A stretch of DNA of 58,523 bases from positions 1 through 58,523 of the forward strand of contig JAFGHE010000043.1 in NCBI GenBank assembly GCA_016930295.1, read 5' to 3'. This document shows, in pieces, positions 45,829-55,489 of the stretch (the stretch's first letter is position 1; the number at the start of each line of letters is the position of its first letter). The notes beneath the pieces were generated by a model that made no database searches, was not told the origin of the DNA, and saw only the letters and a program-made list of their open reading frames with translations. This stretch comes from Sedimentisphaerales bacterium. GTDB lineage: Bacteria; Planctomycetota; Phycisphaerae; Sedimentisphaerales; SM23-30. Made by a program: the position numbers and the translations under genes.

Positions 45829-48156
45829 ATGATTAATAACTATAAAAATTGCCTGTCATTCACGATGATAAAATGTCTCATACTCATAGTCTGCCTGGCA
45901 GCCCTGCTCCATGCCGGCTGCCAATCACAACCTCAATCCGCTACAGCCCCTGACCACAAGGACCTGACTGTATATACTCCGGAAAACTCCCAAACCAGAA
46001 TCATTGATGAGGAAACGGCCCGTATCCTTAAACGCCATTCAGTTGAATATAAGGACTGGCGCTCACAGACCTCTGAATCTTCTGATGAGACCATGACCCC
46101 CGACGATACCCTTATGCCCGACACCAATCCTCAGATAACGGACGAGAATCTTAACGGCCCGAAAATTACACAGGCCACCGATACACCCGTCTTCACCGAG
46201 AATATTGTCTCGTCCGCCCTGGCCCAACCGGATGAATCTTCTCTCCGTCAAGACCAGGACACACCAGATCGCTTGTTTCAGGACGTTACCACTGCCGTTC
46301 CGGCCTTAAGTGATCCGCAAACCGCCGATCAACTCATTTCCGTAAATTTCGACCAGGCGGATATCCGCTCGGTCATTAAAACCATAAGTGAAATAACCGG
46401 AATCAACTTCATTGTGGATGAATCCATCAAAGGCACGGTTACCGTCTTGTCGCCCACCGAATTACGACTGGGAGAAATTTACCATTTCCTGGAATCCATA
46501 CTTACGGTGAAGGGATTTGCCGCCGTGCCGGCCGGGGACCATGTCAAAATCGTGCCCCGTACCGAAGTCAATAAACACAATCTGAGAATACGAATCGGTT
46601 GTAATCCGGCTGATATCCCTCAGGATGATTCTATTGTAACCCAGATCATGCCCCTGAAATATGCAAACGTGGATGAAATAAGCCGCATCATTAACTCTCG
46701 ATTATCTGCGGGAGCCAATTTGGCCACCTACGAATCGACCAATACACTTCTCCTTACCGATACCTCGGCCAATATTTATCATATTGCCAAAATCATATTT
46801 CAACTGGATGTACCGGGGTCTAAAGAAGAACTCACGGTCATCCCCCTACAATACGCCTCCGCGCAAATGCTCGCTCGGCAAATTACGGACATCCTGGAGA
46901 ATGAGGAATCCTCCACCTTGCGCTCACGACGGACCGGACAACAAATGAAAATTTCCTCAAAACTCCAGATCCAGCCCAATGAAAGAACCAACTCATTGAT
47001 CGTTATAGCCAACCAGGATGATACCCGCCTGATTAGAGACCTGGTCCGCCAACTGGATGTTGAACGACCGACCGGCGCCTACGATGTACATGTTGTACCG
47101 CTCAAAAACGCTCAAGCCGAAAGTATCGCAAAATCTCTATCCCAGGCTCTGGCAAACCGAAAAGCGTTCGACGAATCGGGCAATCAGCTCCCGATTCAAA
47201 TTACTCCCGACCCGGGTACGAATGCTCTTATTATTCATGCCTCTAGCCAGGATTTTAAAGTCATCTCTGATATCATTGAAAAACTCGATATCGCTCGGGA
47301 GATGGTCCTGGTCGAACTACTGATTATAGAAATATCCGAAGAAAACCTGCGCGAAATTGGCGTGGACTGGGCCACCCTGGACCAGGCCGTTTCGGATAGT
47401 ATTCGTGTTTTCGGTAACACCAATTTCGGCGTCAGAGTCGATTATATCAATGGTGATACTTCCGGACTAAGTGTCGGAGCCTTCAAAGATATAGGCGGCG
47501 ACGTGAAAATCGGCTCCATCCTCAATGCCCTGGAAAACGTCTCCGGGGTCAATATCCTCTCCACGCCGCATATTCTCACCTCCAATCACAGTGAAGCCAA
47601 CATCCTGGTGGGTGACAATATCCCCTATGTGGTCCAGTCAAAAATTACTGAAACCGATCCCGCTACTCCCACCGTGATTAAAACGGTCGATTATAAGGAT
47701 GTGGGGGTCAGCCTGAAAATTACACCCCATATCAGCCAGAGCGGTATAGTGCGCCTGGCTATCTATAGTGAGTTCACTAAACTGATTGAAAGTGTAACCG
47801 GACTCTCGTCCGATACACCCACCACCGCCAAACGTCAGATCGAAACTGAGATCGCCATGGCCGACGGCGCCACCGTGGTCATCGGAGGCCTCATTCGCGA
47901 TGATAAAATTACTATCGAAAACAAGATCCCGCTCTTAGGTGACCTGCCCCTGATCGGCGGCCTGTTCAAATTACAACGCGACCGCCTGCAGAAAACCAAC
48001 TTACTGCTTTTCATCACGCCCTACGTACTCAAAGACCAGCCTGATATGGCTAGGATAACACAGAAAAAACGCGAAGAAATCGCCCCTGAACTGGGCCAAC
48101 GGACCAAAGATGAAAACCTGGAAAATATCGATATCCTGGAATCCATCTGGCGCTGA
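45829..48156 (+). CDS. gspD: Type II secretion system secretin GspD, probable lipoprotein
   Basis: The N0 start is 'LISVNFDQADIRSVIKTISEITGINFIVD'. The secretin domain has 'VVIGGLIRDDKITIENKIPLLGDLPLIGGLFK' and 'LLLFITPYVL'. The signal peptide ends in a lipobox-like 'LLHAGC' (Cys31, nt 45919..45921). Confidence 0.92.
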   Translation: MINNYKNCLSFTMIKCLILIVCLAALLHAGCQSQPQSATAPDHKDLTVYTPENSQTRIIDEETARILKRHSVEYKDWRSQTSESSDETMTPDDTLMPDTNPQITDENLNGPKITQATDTPVFTENIVSSALAQPDESSLRQDQDTPDRLFQDVTTAVPALSDPQTADQLISVNFDQADIRSVIKTISEITGINFIVDESIKGTVTVLSPTELRLGEIYHFLESILTVKGFAAVPAGDHVKIVPRTEVNKHNLRIRIGCNPADIPQDDSIVTQIMPLKYANVDEISRIINSRLSAGANLATYESTNTLLLTDTSANIYHIAKIIFQLDVPGSKEELTVIPLQYASAQMLARQITDILENEESSTLRSRRTGQQMKISSKLQIQPNERTNSLIVIANQDDTRLIRDLVRQLDVERPTGAYDVHVVPLKNAQAESIAKSLSQALANRKAFDESGNQLPIQITPDPGTNALIIHASSQDFKVISDIIEKLDIAREMVLVELLIIEISEENLREIGVDWATLDQAVSDSIRVFGNTNFGVRVDYINGDTSGLSVGAFKDIGGDVKIGSILNALENVSGVNILSTPHILTSNHSEANILVGDNIPYVVQSKITETDPATPTVIKTVDYKDVGVSLKITPHISQSGIVRLAIYSEFTKLIESVTGLSSDTPTTAKRQIETEIAMADGATVVIGGLIRDDKITIENKIPLLGDLPLIGGLFKLQRDRLQKTNLLLFITPYVLKDQPDMARITQKKREEIAPELGQRTKDENLENIDILESIWR

Positions 48157-48161
48157 ATATC

Positions 48162-49901
48162 ATGCAAACGGAATCGATCGGACAAATATTATTACGCGAT
48201 ACCAGCCTGACACCGGAACAACTGGATTCGGCGCTCCGCCTCCAGCAGACACGCCGACCCTGTCCCGAACTGGGCCAGATCCTTATCGAAAAAGGATATA
48301 TCAGTCCCGATCAACTCTGTCACGCTCTGGCCCAACAGTGGAATATTCCCTACCTGGACACCATTACCCCGCAACAGCTTAAACACAACAGTGTACGAAA
48401 ACTTCCTCTCGACTTTCTAAAAAAACAACAGCTTCTGCCAATCATCGATCAAAATCAACACCTGATGATTGCCATGGCCGACCCCTTAAACATCGAAGCC
48501 TATGATGCCGTACTCAATATCCTCCGGACGTACTGTCCACGCATACTATGCCCACCAACAGAAATTGATAAGGCAATCAGCCGGTGTTATTATCAAGAAC
48601 TCGGCGGGGCGGACCAAAAAAATCACAATAATAATCCTGAGACAGACTCCCCCACTCCGAAAGACCCGCATGAGGACCTGCTCAATATCTCCGGACATGC
48701 CCCCATCGTCAAACTGGTTAACACCATCCTGTTCAAGGCCATTAACAGCCGGGCCAGCGATATCCATATCGAACCCTATGAACAGGAAGTAAAGGTTCGC
48801 TATCGGATCGACGGTGTCCTCCATGACAATACCTCTTTGCCGCCGGACCATGTGGCTCCGCTGATTTCACGATTGAAAATCATGGCCAATCTCAATATCG
48901 CTGAAAGACGCCTGCCCCAGGACGGCCAAAGCCGTATCAAAATCGGTGATAAGGAACTGGATATCAGGGTATCCATTATCCCCATCTCAGGAGGTGAACG
49001 TGTAGTGCTCCGCCTGCTCGACAAAGGCGGCCCGGACTTGAATATGAAAAAATTAGGATTCGCCGACGATTGCATGAATCAATTCCATCAACTCATTCAT
49101 TCTCCACATGGCATCATCCTGCTCACCGGCCCGACCGGCAGCGGGAAAACCACCACCCTGTATTGCGCTATTAATGAACTCAACCGTAACGAATGCAATA
49201 TCCTCACGGTGGAAGACCCGATTGAATATCAACTGCCCGGCGTCGGGCAAATGCAGGTAAAACCAAAAATAAATCTCACCTTTGCCAATTGCCTGCGACA
49301 TATCCTCCGCCAGGACCCGGACGTTATCATGATCGGCGAAATCCGCGATGTCGAAACCGCCGAAATCGCCATTCATGCCTCACTGACCGGCCATCTGGTG
49401 TTCAGCACCCTGCATACCAACGATTCAGCGTCCGCCATTACCCGACTGATCGATATGGCTATCGAGCCCTACCTGATTTCTTCATCGCTCACGGCTGTCA
49501 TGGCCCAGAGACTGCTGAGAGTTATATGTCCCCACTGTAAAACCCCCTGCCGGACAGAGTATAATATAAGCGAACTTGCCGATTATGCCACCCGCCAAAG
49601 TCCCTGGGAGGGTCAGGTATTTATCGGCTCCGGATGTAACCAGTGCAGCCATACCGGCTATTGGGGCAGAACCGCCATCGCGGAATTACTCATCATCGAT
49701 GACACCATCAGGGAATTGATCATTAAAAGAAGCCCGGCCCATAGCATCAAGGAGCAGGCCGTAAGTCACGGCATGAGAACCCTGCGCCAGGATGGACTGC
49801 GCCAGGCATTGACCGGTCAAACAACCATTGAGGAAGTTCTGCGGGTCACCCAGGACTGTATCCCTGTTAATACTACCAATAAAGAAAATGTGGAAATCTA
49901 A
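48162..49901 (+). CDS. gspE: Type II secretion ATPase GspE
   Basis: It has Walker A 'GPTGSGKTTT', 'ILTVEDPIEY', 'IMIGEIRD', His box 'LVFSTLHTND' and the tetracysteine 'CPHC...CNQC'. A T2SSE_N-type N-terminal domain is present. Confidence 0.95.
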   Translation: MQTESIGQILLRDTSLTPEQLDSALRLQQTRRPCPELGQILIEKGYISPDQLCHALAQQWNIPYLDTITPQQLKHNSVRKLPLDFLKKQQLLPIIDQNQHLMIAMADPLNIEAYDAVLNILRTYCPRILCPPTEIDKAISRCYYQELGGADQKNHNNNPETDSPTPKDPHEDLLNISGHAPIVKLVNTILFKAINSRASDIHIEPYEQEVKVRYRIDGVLHDNTSLPPDHVAPLISRLKIMANLNIAERRLPQDGQSRIKIGDKELDIRVSIIPISGGERVVLRLLDKGGPDLNMKKLGFADDCMNQFHQLIHSPHGIILLTGPTGSGKTTTLYCAINELNRNECNILTVEDPIEYQLPGVGQMQVKPKINLTFANCLRHILRQDPDVIMIGEIRDVETAEIAIHASLTGHLVFSTLHTNDSASAITRLIDMAIEPYLISSSLTAVMAQRLLRVICPHCKTPCRTEYNISELADYATRQSPWEGQVFIGSGCNQCSHTGYWGRTAIAELLIIDDTIRELIIKRSPAHSIKEQAVSHGMRTLRQDGLRQALTGQTTIEEVLRVTQDCIPVNTTNKENVEI

Positions 49902-51117
49902 GCAAACAACCGGAAAAGACCTGGAAGAGATATCGTCAACACCGGGTGATACCTATAACTACCCTGACAGTGACACGGATTCTCTGATAGCTGCGCCACC
50001 GGCCGATTATGACGACCCGACGCACAACAGTAATCCTCACACACCCGCATCATCAGACAAAAAAAAGAATTCCGATTATATTCTTCATATAAAACCTTCC
50101 GATCTCTGCACTGCAACCCGCCAGTTGGCAACTCTAATCCGGGCCGGCATGCCGCTCCTGGAGGCTCTGGCCGCCTTAGCGGAGCAGTTCCAGAAGCATC
50201 CGCTCGCTGAGGCCTTCTCGGATATTCACGAACAGGTAAAAACCGGACACAGCCTCGCCGCTGCTTTAAGTAATTATCCCACGGTCTTCTCGAATTTATA
50301 TGTCAATATGGTCAAGGCCGGCCAGGAAAGCGGCACGCTCGAAGATATCCTCTTTAAACTGGCTCAATATCTCTACCGACGATCCCGCCTTACCAGTAAA
50401 ATCAAGGCCGCACTGACCTATCCCCTCTTTATGAGTATCGCGGCCCTAAGCGTGATTATATTCCTCATGACCTTTGTCATCCCCGGCATTACCCGGATAT
50501 TCCTGGATATGAATCACCAGTTGCCCTGGCCGACCACCTTACTGATCACTATCAGTGATTTTTGCAGCTCACATTTCCTCTTTATCATCATAGCACTGGG
50601 CGCCGCCATTGTTTCAGCCTCATTCTACCTGAAATCAGAATCCGGAAAAATCAACTGGGACCGATTCTCTCTCAAACTGCCCTTGTTCGGCAGCCTGATG
50701 CTCAAAACCGAAATGATCCGATTCTGCCGGACTCTCGGTATCCTGCTCTCCAGCGGTATTACCATGACCAGGGCCATCCTGATTGTCAGGGCCGTTATAC
50801 AAAATACGTTTATTGCCGATAAAATCAGCCTGATAACCGAAGATATTAACAAAGGACTGAACCTGTCATCAGCCATAAAAAAACTCGGCCTGTTTCCCCC
50901 TATTCTTTATCATACTCTCTCCATCGGGGAAAAAAGCGGAAACCTCGAAGAACAACTCAGTAACTTCGCCGAGTCCTGTGACGAAGAAATAGAAATCCAG
51001 ATCCGCGCAATCACGTCACTGATTGAACCGGTCATCTTATTATGTATGGGTTTTATTATCGGATTTATCGTTCTGGCGCTGCTACTTCCCATTTTTGAAA
51101 TCAATCAGATGCTTTAA
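49888..51117 (+). CDS. gspF: Type II secretion inner-membrane platform protein GspF
   Basis: It has two T2SSF repeats ('LATLIRAGMPLLEALAAL', 'LSIGEKSGNLEEQL') and three TM segments. I placed the start at ATG 49888 ('MWKSKQ'), which overlaps the gspE stop by 14 nt; the ORF-track start is 49828. Confidence 0.9.
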   Translation: MWKSKQTTGKDLEEISSTPGDTYNYPDSDTDSLIAAPPADYDDPTHNSNPHTPASSDKKKNSDYILHIKPSDLCTATRQLATLIRAGMPLLEALAALAEQFQKHPLAEAFSDIHEQVKTGHSLAAALSNYPTVFSNLYVNMVKAGQESGTLEDILFKLAQYLYRRSRLTSKIKAALTYPLFMSIAALSVIIFLMTFVIPGITRIFLDMNHQLPWPTTLLITISDFCSSHFLFIIIALGAAIVSASFYLKSESGKINWDRFSLKLPLFGSLMLKTEMIRFCRTLGILLSSGITMTRAILIVRAVIQNTFIADKISLITEDINKGLNLSSAIKKLGLFPPILYHTLSIGEKSGNLEEQLSNFAESCDEEIEIQIRAITSLIEPVILLCMGFIIGFIVLALLLPIFEINQML

Positions 51118-51129
51118 GGGAGAATAATC

Positions 51130-51555
51130 ATGAAAAAAACTCAAAATTACAAAGGATTTACCCTATTGGAACTTATGATCGTTATCGTTATCCTCGGACT
51201 CCTGGCCACTATTATCATGCCCAAAATCCTGGGCCGGCCCGAACAGGCCCGGCGCGCCGTCGCTGAAATCGAAATTAAAAACCTGGAAGCGACCCTGGCT
51301 CTCTTCAAAACTGACACCGGCCGGTTCCCTACCACCTCCGAAGGACTGGGTGTCCTGGTCAATAATCCCGGTATCTCCGGTTATGCACCCGATGGCTACC
51401 TGGATAAAACACCCAAAGACCCCTGGGGTAATAACTATATCTATATCTGCCCCTCAGTGCAGGGTAAATACTTTGACCTGGAATCCTATGGAAAAGACGG
51501 CGAAGACGGCGGCACCGGCGAGGACGCCGACATCGAAAGCTGGAATATCGAATAA
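51130..51555 (+). CDS. gspG: Major pseudopilin GspG
   Basis: The prepilin motif 'KGFTLLELMIVIVILGLLA', 'DPWGNNYIY' and the Ca-site-like 'SYGKDGEDGGTGEDADI' are all present. AGGGAG lies upstream. Confidence 0.95.
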   Translation: MKKTQNYKGFTLLELMIVIVILGLLATIIMPKILGRPEQARRAVAEIEIKNLEATLALFKTDTGRFPTTSEGLGVLVNNPGISGYAPDGYLDKTPKDPWGNNYIYICPSVQGKYFDLESYGKDGEDGGTGEDADIESWNIE

Positions 51556-51562
51556 ATACCCC

Positions 51563-51988
51563 ATGAAAAAGCACCCCTCAAAAAAAAAGGCTTTCACCTT
51601 CATCGAAGTGCTGGCCGCTCTGGCTATTGTAGCCATGGCCCTGGTGGCCCTGATCCGATTGCAGTTGGTAAGTATCGACATCACCGATAAAACCGACCTG
51701 GCCAATCACGCGGCGTTGCTGGCCGATGAAAAAATCTCCCAGTTCCTGACTCATAACATTCTTGAACCGGGAACCACCCGTGGCTCCACGAATTATAAAG
51801 AACACGATTTTCATTGGCAAACGGAAGTCTCCAGTGTCATTCCATCTGAAATGGATCCAGACGACATGGACCGGCTCCACCGCCTGCGCGTGGATGTCAA
51901 CTGGCAGCAGGGACGCCATAAAAAATATTTCAACCTGACAACATACACCCTGAACCATAATACCCATGAAATCAAAACCCGGAAATAA
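51563..51988 (+). CDS. gspI: Minor pseudopilin, GspI-like
   Basis: 'KKAFTFIEVLAALAIVAMALVAL' is a prepilin-type leader. Its 142-aa size and the blocks 'ANHAALLADEKISQFL' and 'LHRLRVDVNWQQ' resemble GspI. I placed the start at ATG 51563; the ORF-track start at 51350 overlaps gspG. Confidence 0.7.
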   Translation: MKKHPSKKKAFTFIEVLAALAIVAMALVALIRLQLVSIDITDKTDLANHAALLADEKISQFLTHNILEPGTTRGSTNYKEHDFHWQTEVSSVIPSEMDPDDMDRLHRLRVDVNWQQGRHKKYFNLTTYTLNHNTHEIKTRK

Positions 51989-52646
51989 TGCCTTTACTCT
52001 CCTGGAGATTCTGGCCGCCCTGGCCATCATGATGATCGTTATATCGATCGTCTATGGTACCTTTAAGGCGGCCTCACACTCGGCCCAACAGGGTAAAACA
52101 ATTATTTCCGATATCCGACAGGGACAATCTCTTTTGGAGAAAATGACCCGGCAAATTCGCTGTGCTTACGCCGACTCCATACCCATAGAAACCGAACCTC
52201 ACTCAGCCGGGGACGAAATACAACAGCAATCGCCTGTATTTTTCTACGCCAATAACCGTGCCCCGGACGACGTGGTGTTGAAATTTATCACCACCGCCCC
52301 TTTATTCAATGACCCTGAATTACCCCGAGGGCTCTTTAAAGTCGCTTATCGATACCAGAAGGATAAAGAGGGCGGCTCCTTATATTATGCCCAGCAGCCC
52401 TGTTTCGAGCTCTCAGAGGATAATCCCCGGCAGGACACCTGGCACCCTCTGGCGCAAAATATTTACGCTTTGCAATTAAGTTTCTTCGATGAAAATAACT
52501 GGCACGATACCTGGCCCGATAAAAATCAGAGACTCCTGCCCCATGCCGTAAAAATCAGCTTAGAGCTGGGGCCCGACAATACGACAACCCGGACTTATAA
52601 CACAATTGTCACCACAAATTGCTATCATAATCCACATGAAAATTAA
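51966..52646 (+). CDS. gspJ: Minor pseudopilin, GspJ-like
   Basis: 'NAFTLLEILAALAIMMIVISIV' is a prepilin-type leader. Its 226-aa size and position between the I-like and K-like genes fit GspJ. Confidence 0.7.
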   Translation: MKSKPGNNAFTLLEILAALAIMMIVISIVYGTFKAASHSAQQGKTIISDIRQGQSLLEKMTRQIRCAYADSIPIETEPHSAGDEIQQQSPVFFYANNRAPDDVVLKFITTAPLFNDPELPRGLFKVAYRYQKDKEGGSLYYAQQPCFELSEDNPRQDTWHPLAQNIYALQLSFFDENNWHDTWPDKNQRLLPHAVKISLELGPDNTTTRTYNTIVTTNCYHNPHEN

Positions 52647-53664
52647 AATAAAATATCATCCGGCCAAAGGATTCGTCCTGATAACTGTCCTGTTCATCAT
52701 TGCCCTGCTGACGGCACTGCTGGTAGAGTTCAATTACGCCTCTCGTACCAGTGTCCATCAGGCGGACAACTTTCGTGCACGCCTCCAGGCCCTCTATTGC
52801 GCCCGGGCCGGCCTGCAAATCGCCATCGCCGTCATCAATCAGAATCCGGATATCCAAACCAATGAAACACTCCGGAAAATGCTCTCTGATAATAAACAGA
52901 TCGATATCGACTCCGGACAATGCCACATTACTATTCTTGATGAAAACGGCAAACTAAATCTGAACCACCTCAAAACCGGCGTCAATCAGTTCGACAAAAT
53001 ACGCGTGGACCAGGTCCTCCGACTCCTGGATCATCTCAATAGCCAATACTCTACCGAGGTTCCCTTCAGCTATTCTCTGGTACCGGCCGTCATCGACTGG
53101 ACCGATAAGGATGATCTTATTACCATGTTACCTCATGTCAGCCATCATAATATGGGCGTCGAGTCCGCCTGGTATGAAAATGAATCCAGAATCGGCTTTT
53201 GTAAAAACAAACCCCTGCAGACCGTGAATGAACTGCTGCTGGTAAAAGACGTAACCCCTTTCCATCTCTATGGCGATTCCATGTCTAACCATAACAGACC
53301 GGACCCACGCCCCGGACTGGAACAATTTGTAACCGTGTACGGCAACGGCTTGATCAATATCAATACCGCACCCAGACTCGTTATCCAAAGTCTGGCCGAT
53401 TTCATGGACCCGGCCCTGACGGAAATCATTTTAAACAGACGCCAACTGCAACCCTTCGCTTCCCTGGATGAACTGGTCCGACTGCCCGGCCTGTCATTAG
53501 CACGGATTTCAATCCTCAAACAATATCTCACGACCAAACCCGACGAATACTATTATAAAATCACGGCCCGGGGCAAGGTCGACTCCGGAATCATAACCAT
53601 TGAAGCTGTTATTAAAAAAACCTTAAACCGTGAAGCGGAAATAATACTCTATCACGAAATATAA
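52636..53664 (+). CDS. gspK: Minor pseudopilin GspK-like
   Basis: It has a non-canonical leader 'KGFVLITVLFIIALLTALLV' with no Glu at +5, as in GspK. 'GKLNLNHL', 'INTAPRLVIQSL' and the HhH-like 'FASLDELVRLPGLS' also fit. I placed the start at ATG 52636. Confidence 0.8.
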   Translation: MKIKIKYHPAKGFVLITVLFIIALLTALLVEFNYASRTSVHQADNFRARLQALYCARAGLQIAIAVINQNPDIQTNETLRKMLSDNKQIDIDSGQCHITILDENGKLNLNHLKTGVNQFDKIRVDQVLRLLDHLNSQYSTEVPFSYSLVPAVIDWTDKDDLITMLPHVSHHNMGVESAWYENESRIGFCKNKPLQTVNELLLVKDVTPFHLYGDSMSNHNRPDPRPGLEQFVTVYGNGLININTAPRLVIQSLADFMDPALTEIILNRRQLQPFASLDELVRLPGLSLARISILKQYLTTKPDEYYYKITARGKVDSGIITIEAVIKKTLNREAEIILYHEI

Positions 53665-53804
53665 ACACCCGGAACGGGAACCCCGGCCAGACCCATACCG
53701 GAATCCTGCTTAAAGTGATTATAGAAATGTCCGATATATATAATAAACAAGGATTTACACTAAAAGAACCTTTTGCGAAAAGATCGCCGAGAGTTCAAAG
53801 GTTA

Positions 53805-53822
53805 CCCCTTTGCAGAAAGGGG
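53805..53822 (+). terminator. Weak hairpin in the gspK-gspL spacer, a possible attenuator or internal terminator
   Basis: The stem is CCCCTTT-GCAG-AAAGGGG (7 bp, 4-nt loop), followed by CTTTAG. The U-tract is poor. Confidence 0.3.
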
Positions 53823-53913
53823 CTTTAGCGTGTTATAAAATCTAATGTCTGATAATGTCATAGATTCTTTTATTCGCAATCCTCTACGCATAATATAAAA
53901 AGGAACGTATCGG

Positions 53914-55380
53914 ATGACCAAACGAGCAATTGGTATTGATATAAATTCTGATAAAATGATTGCCGTGCAGATGGCCCGGCGGGGTGATACCCTCTGCCTG
54001 GAAAAAACCTGCACCCGCCCCTCACGCAGGGAAGAAGACACTCCTTCGGAATTTATAGCCAACCTGTTCACCCAACACGGGTTTGACCGGAGGGCCGCTG
54101 CCGCTCTGGCTATGCCCCATAACCAGATATTTTTCAAAACCACAGACTCATCCGCTCCCGAACAAGATAAAATCAGCGATAACCCGGACTCTCCATATCA
54201 GAACGATTTTCCCGTATTATCAGACCAACGATTACTCGATTTCGGCTCTGACCGGCAACTCGATAATAAACATAAATCGCTGGTTACCGCCACCAGCCAA
54301 TCCTCCCTCAAAGAGCTTCTGGAAACAACACGAGTCAGTGGGTTTCGCTACGAACTCATCGAGGCCCCTGTTTTCGCCCTGGTCGCTGCGGTCAAAACCA
54401 ATCATCCCGATATCACCGCTGATTATGCCATCATTATTTTCAGTGATTCTTCCCATGTTATCATTACTATTACTCATAAAAACGAGATTATCACAGTTAG
54501 AAATATACCCCAATGGGATACCCCGCCCGCCGAAAACCAGAATGAACACAACAATTATGATAACCTTATACGCGAAATCGAAATGACCTGGCGCTCGGAA
54601 ATGGGCCGTAAAATCCCCGATAACACTCCGTTAGTACTCGCCGGCCAACATACAACCTCTCCTCAACTCCGGAATATCCTGAGGGATAACCTGAATTGCC
54701 AAATCATTCTGTATGATCCGCTGGTACACATTCAATGTAATGATAACAAACATATCGAACCGGAAATCTGCATCGCTCAGGGACTGTCCCTGCGCTACTT
54801 ACATCCGGAAAAATATCCCGGCGCTAATTTTATCCATACCCTCAAAAAAGACAGCCGAAAATGTGTTAATGCCAAAACTCAGAAATATCTAGGACTGTTC
54901 CTCATAACCACAATAGCCCTGGTCTATCTCACCGGATTACTCATCCAAAAAAATCGGCTGGAGGGCCAATATCAGAAAATTAAAAACGAAATAAAACAAA
55001 CGTTCCACCAGGCCCTGCCGCAGGAGAAGAATATTGTTAACGAACTGGCCCAACTCGATGCCGCCCTGGCCAGTCAGCGCAAGGCATTCGACCTGTTCGA
55101 AGCCTCTGCCATAAATTCCGTAAAACCGCTGGATATCCTGCATACGATCTCTGCCCATACTCCGGAACAGCTTAATCTCAGGATCAACAATATTCTTATC
55201 ACTCAGCAGGCAGCTCAGTTATCCGGACAATGTGCCTCGTCAACCATCGCTTACAAATGGCAAAGGATATTACAGGAAATCCCCGGCTTCGATAATGTTA
55301 ATGTGTCCGGACTCGAAAAACTACCTGACTCGGATGAAGTACAGTTTTCCGTTTCCCTTACCCTGAAGTCAACGTATTAA
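53914..55380 (+). CDS. gspL: GspL-like assembly protein (PilM-type actin-like cytoplasmic domain + TM + periplasmic domain)
   Basis: It starts like PilM ('AIGIDINSDKMIAVQMARRGD'), has a single TM 'YLGLFLITTIALVYLTGLLI', and then a coiled-coil and ferredoxin-like tail. It sits in the canonical L slot. Confidence 0.7.
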   Translation: MTKRAIGIDINSDKMIAVQMARRGDTLCLEKTCTRPSRREEDTPSEFIANLFTQHGFDRRAAAALAMPHNQIFFKTTDSSAPEQDKISDNPDSPYQNDFPVLSDQRLLDFGSDRQLDNKHKSLVTATSQSSLKELLETTRVSGFRYELIEAPVFALVAAVKTNHPDITADYAIIIFSDSSHVIITITHKNEIITVRNIPQWDTPPAENQNEHNNYDNLIREIEMTWRSEMGRKIPDNTPLVLAGQHTTSPQLRNILRDNLNCQIILYDPLVHIQCNDNKHIEPEICIAQGLSLRYLHPEKYPGANFIHTLKKDSRKCVNAKTQKYLGLFLITTIALVYLTGLLIQKNRLEGQYQKIKNEIKQTFHQALPQEKNIVNELAQLDAALASQRKAFDLFEASAINSVKPLDILHTISAHTPEQLNLRINNILITQQAAQLSGQCASSTIAYKWQRILQEIPGFDNVNVSGLEKLPDSDEVQFSVSLTLKSTY

Positions 55381-55489
55381 GAGACTCACGTTAAAAGGTG
55401 ATATATACAGCTAAAAACATTGCTTCTGACCCGGAATCAACGGTCTATAACACCTTTGACGCCGGCGTCAAAATAATCAGGAATTATCC

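Noticed and set aside
49828-49887. N-terminal extension of gspF (ORF-track start 49828)
   Set aside because: It would overlap 74 nt of gspE. ATG 49888 gives the usual short overlap and a hydrophilic GspF N-terminus.
51350-51562. ORF-track 5' extension of the gspI-like gene that overlaps gspG
   Set aside because: The prepilin-type leader ('MKKHPSKKKAFTFIEVL') begins at ATG 51563, just after the gspG stop. The extension is an out-of-frame read through gspG.
53802-54143. 113-aa minus-strand ORF spanning the gspK-gspL spacer and the gspL start
   Set aside because: It overlaps the well-supported PilM-like start of gspL on the opposite strand. It has no SD and no recognisable motif, and it would interrupt a plus-strand operon.
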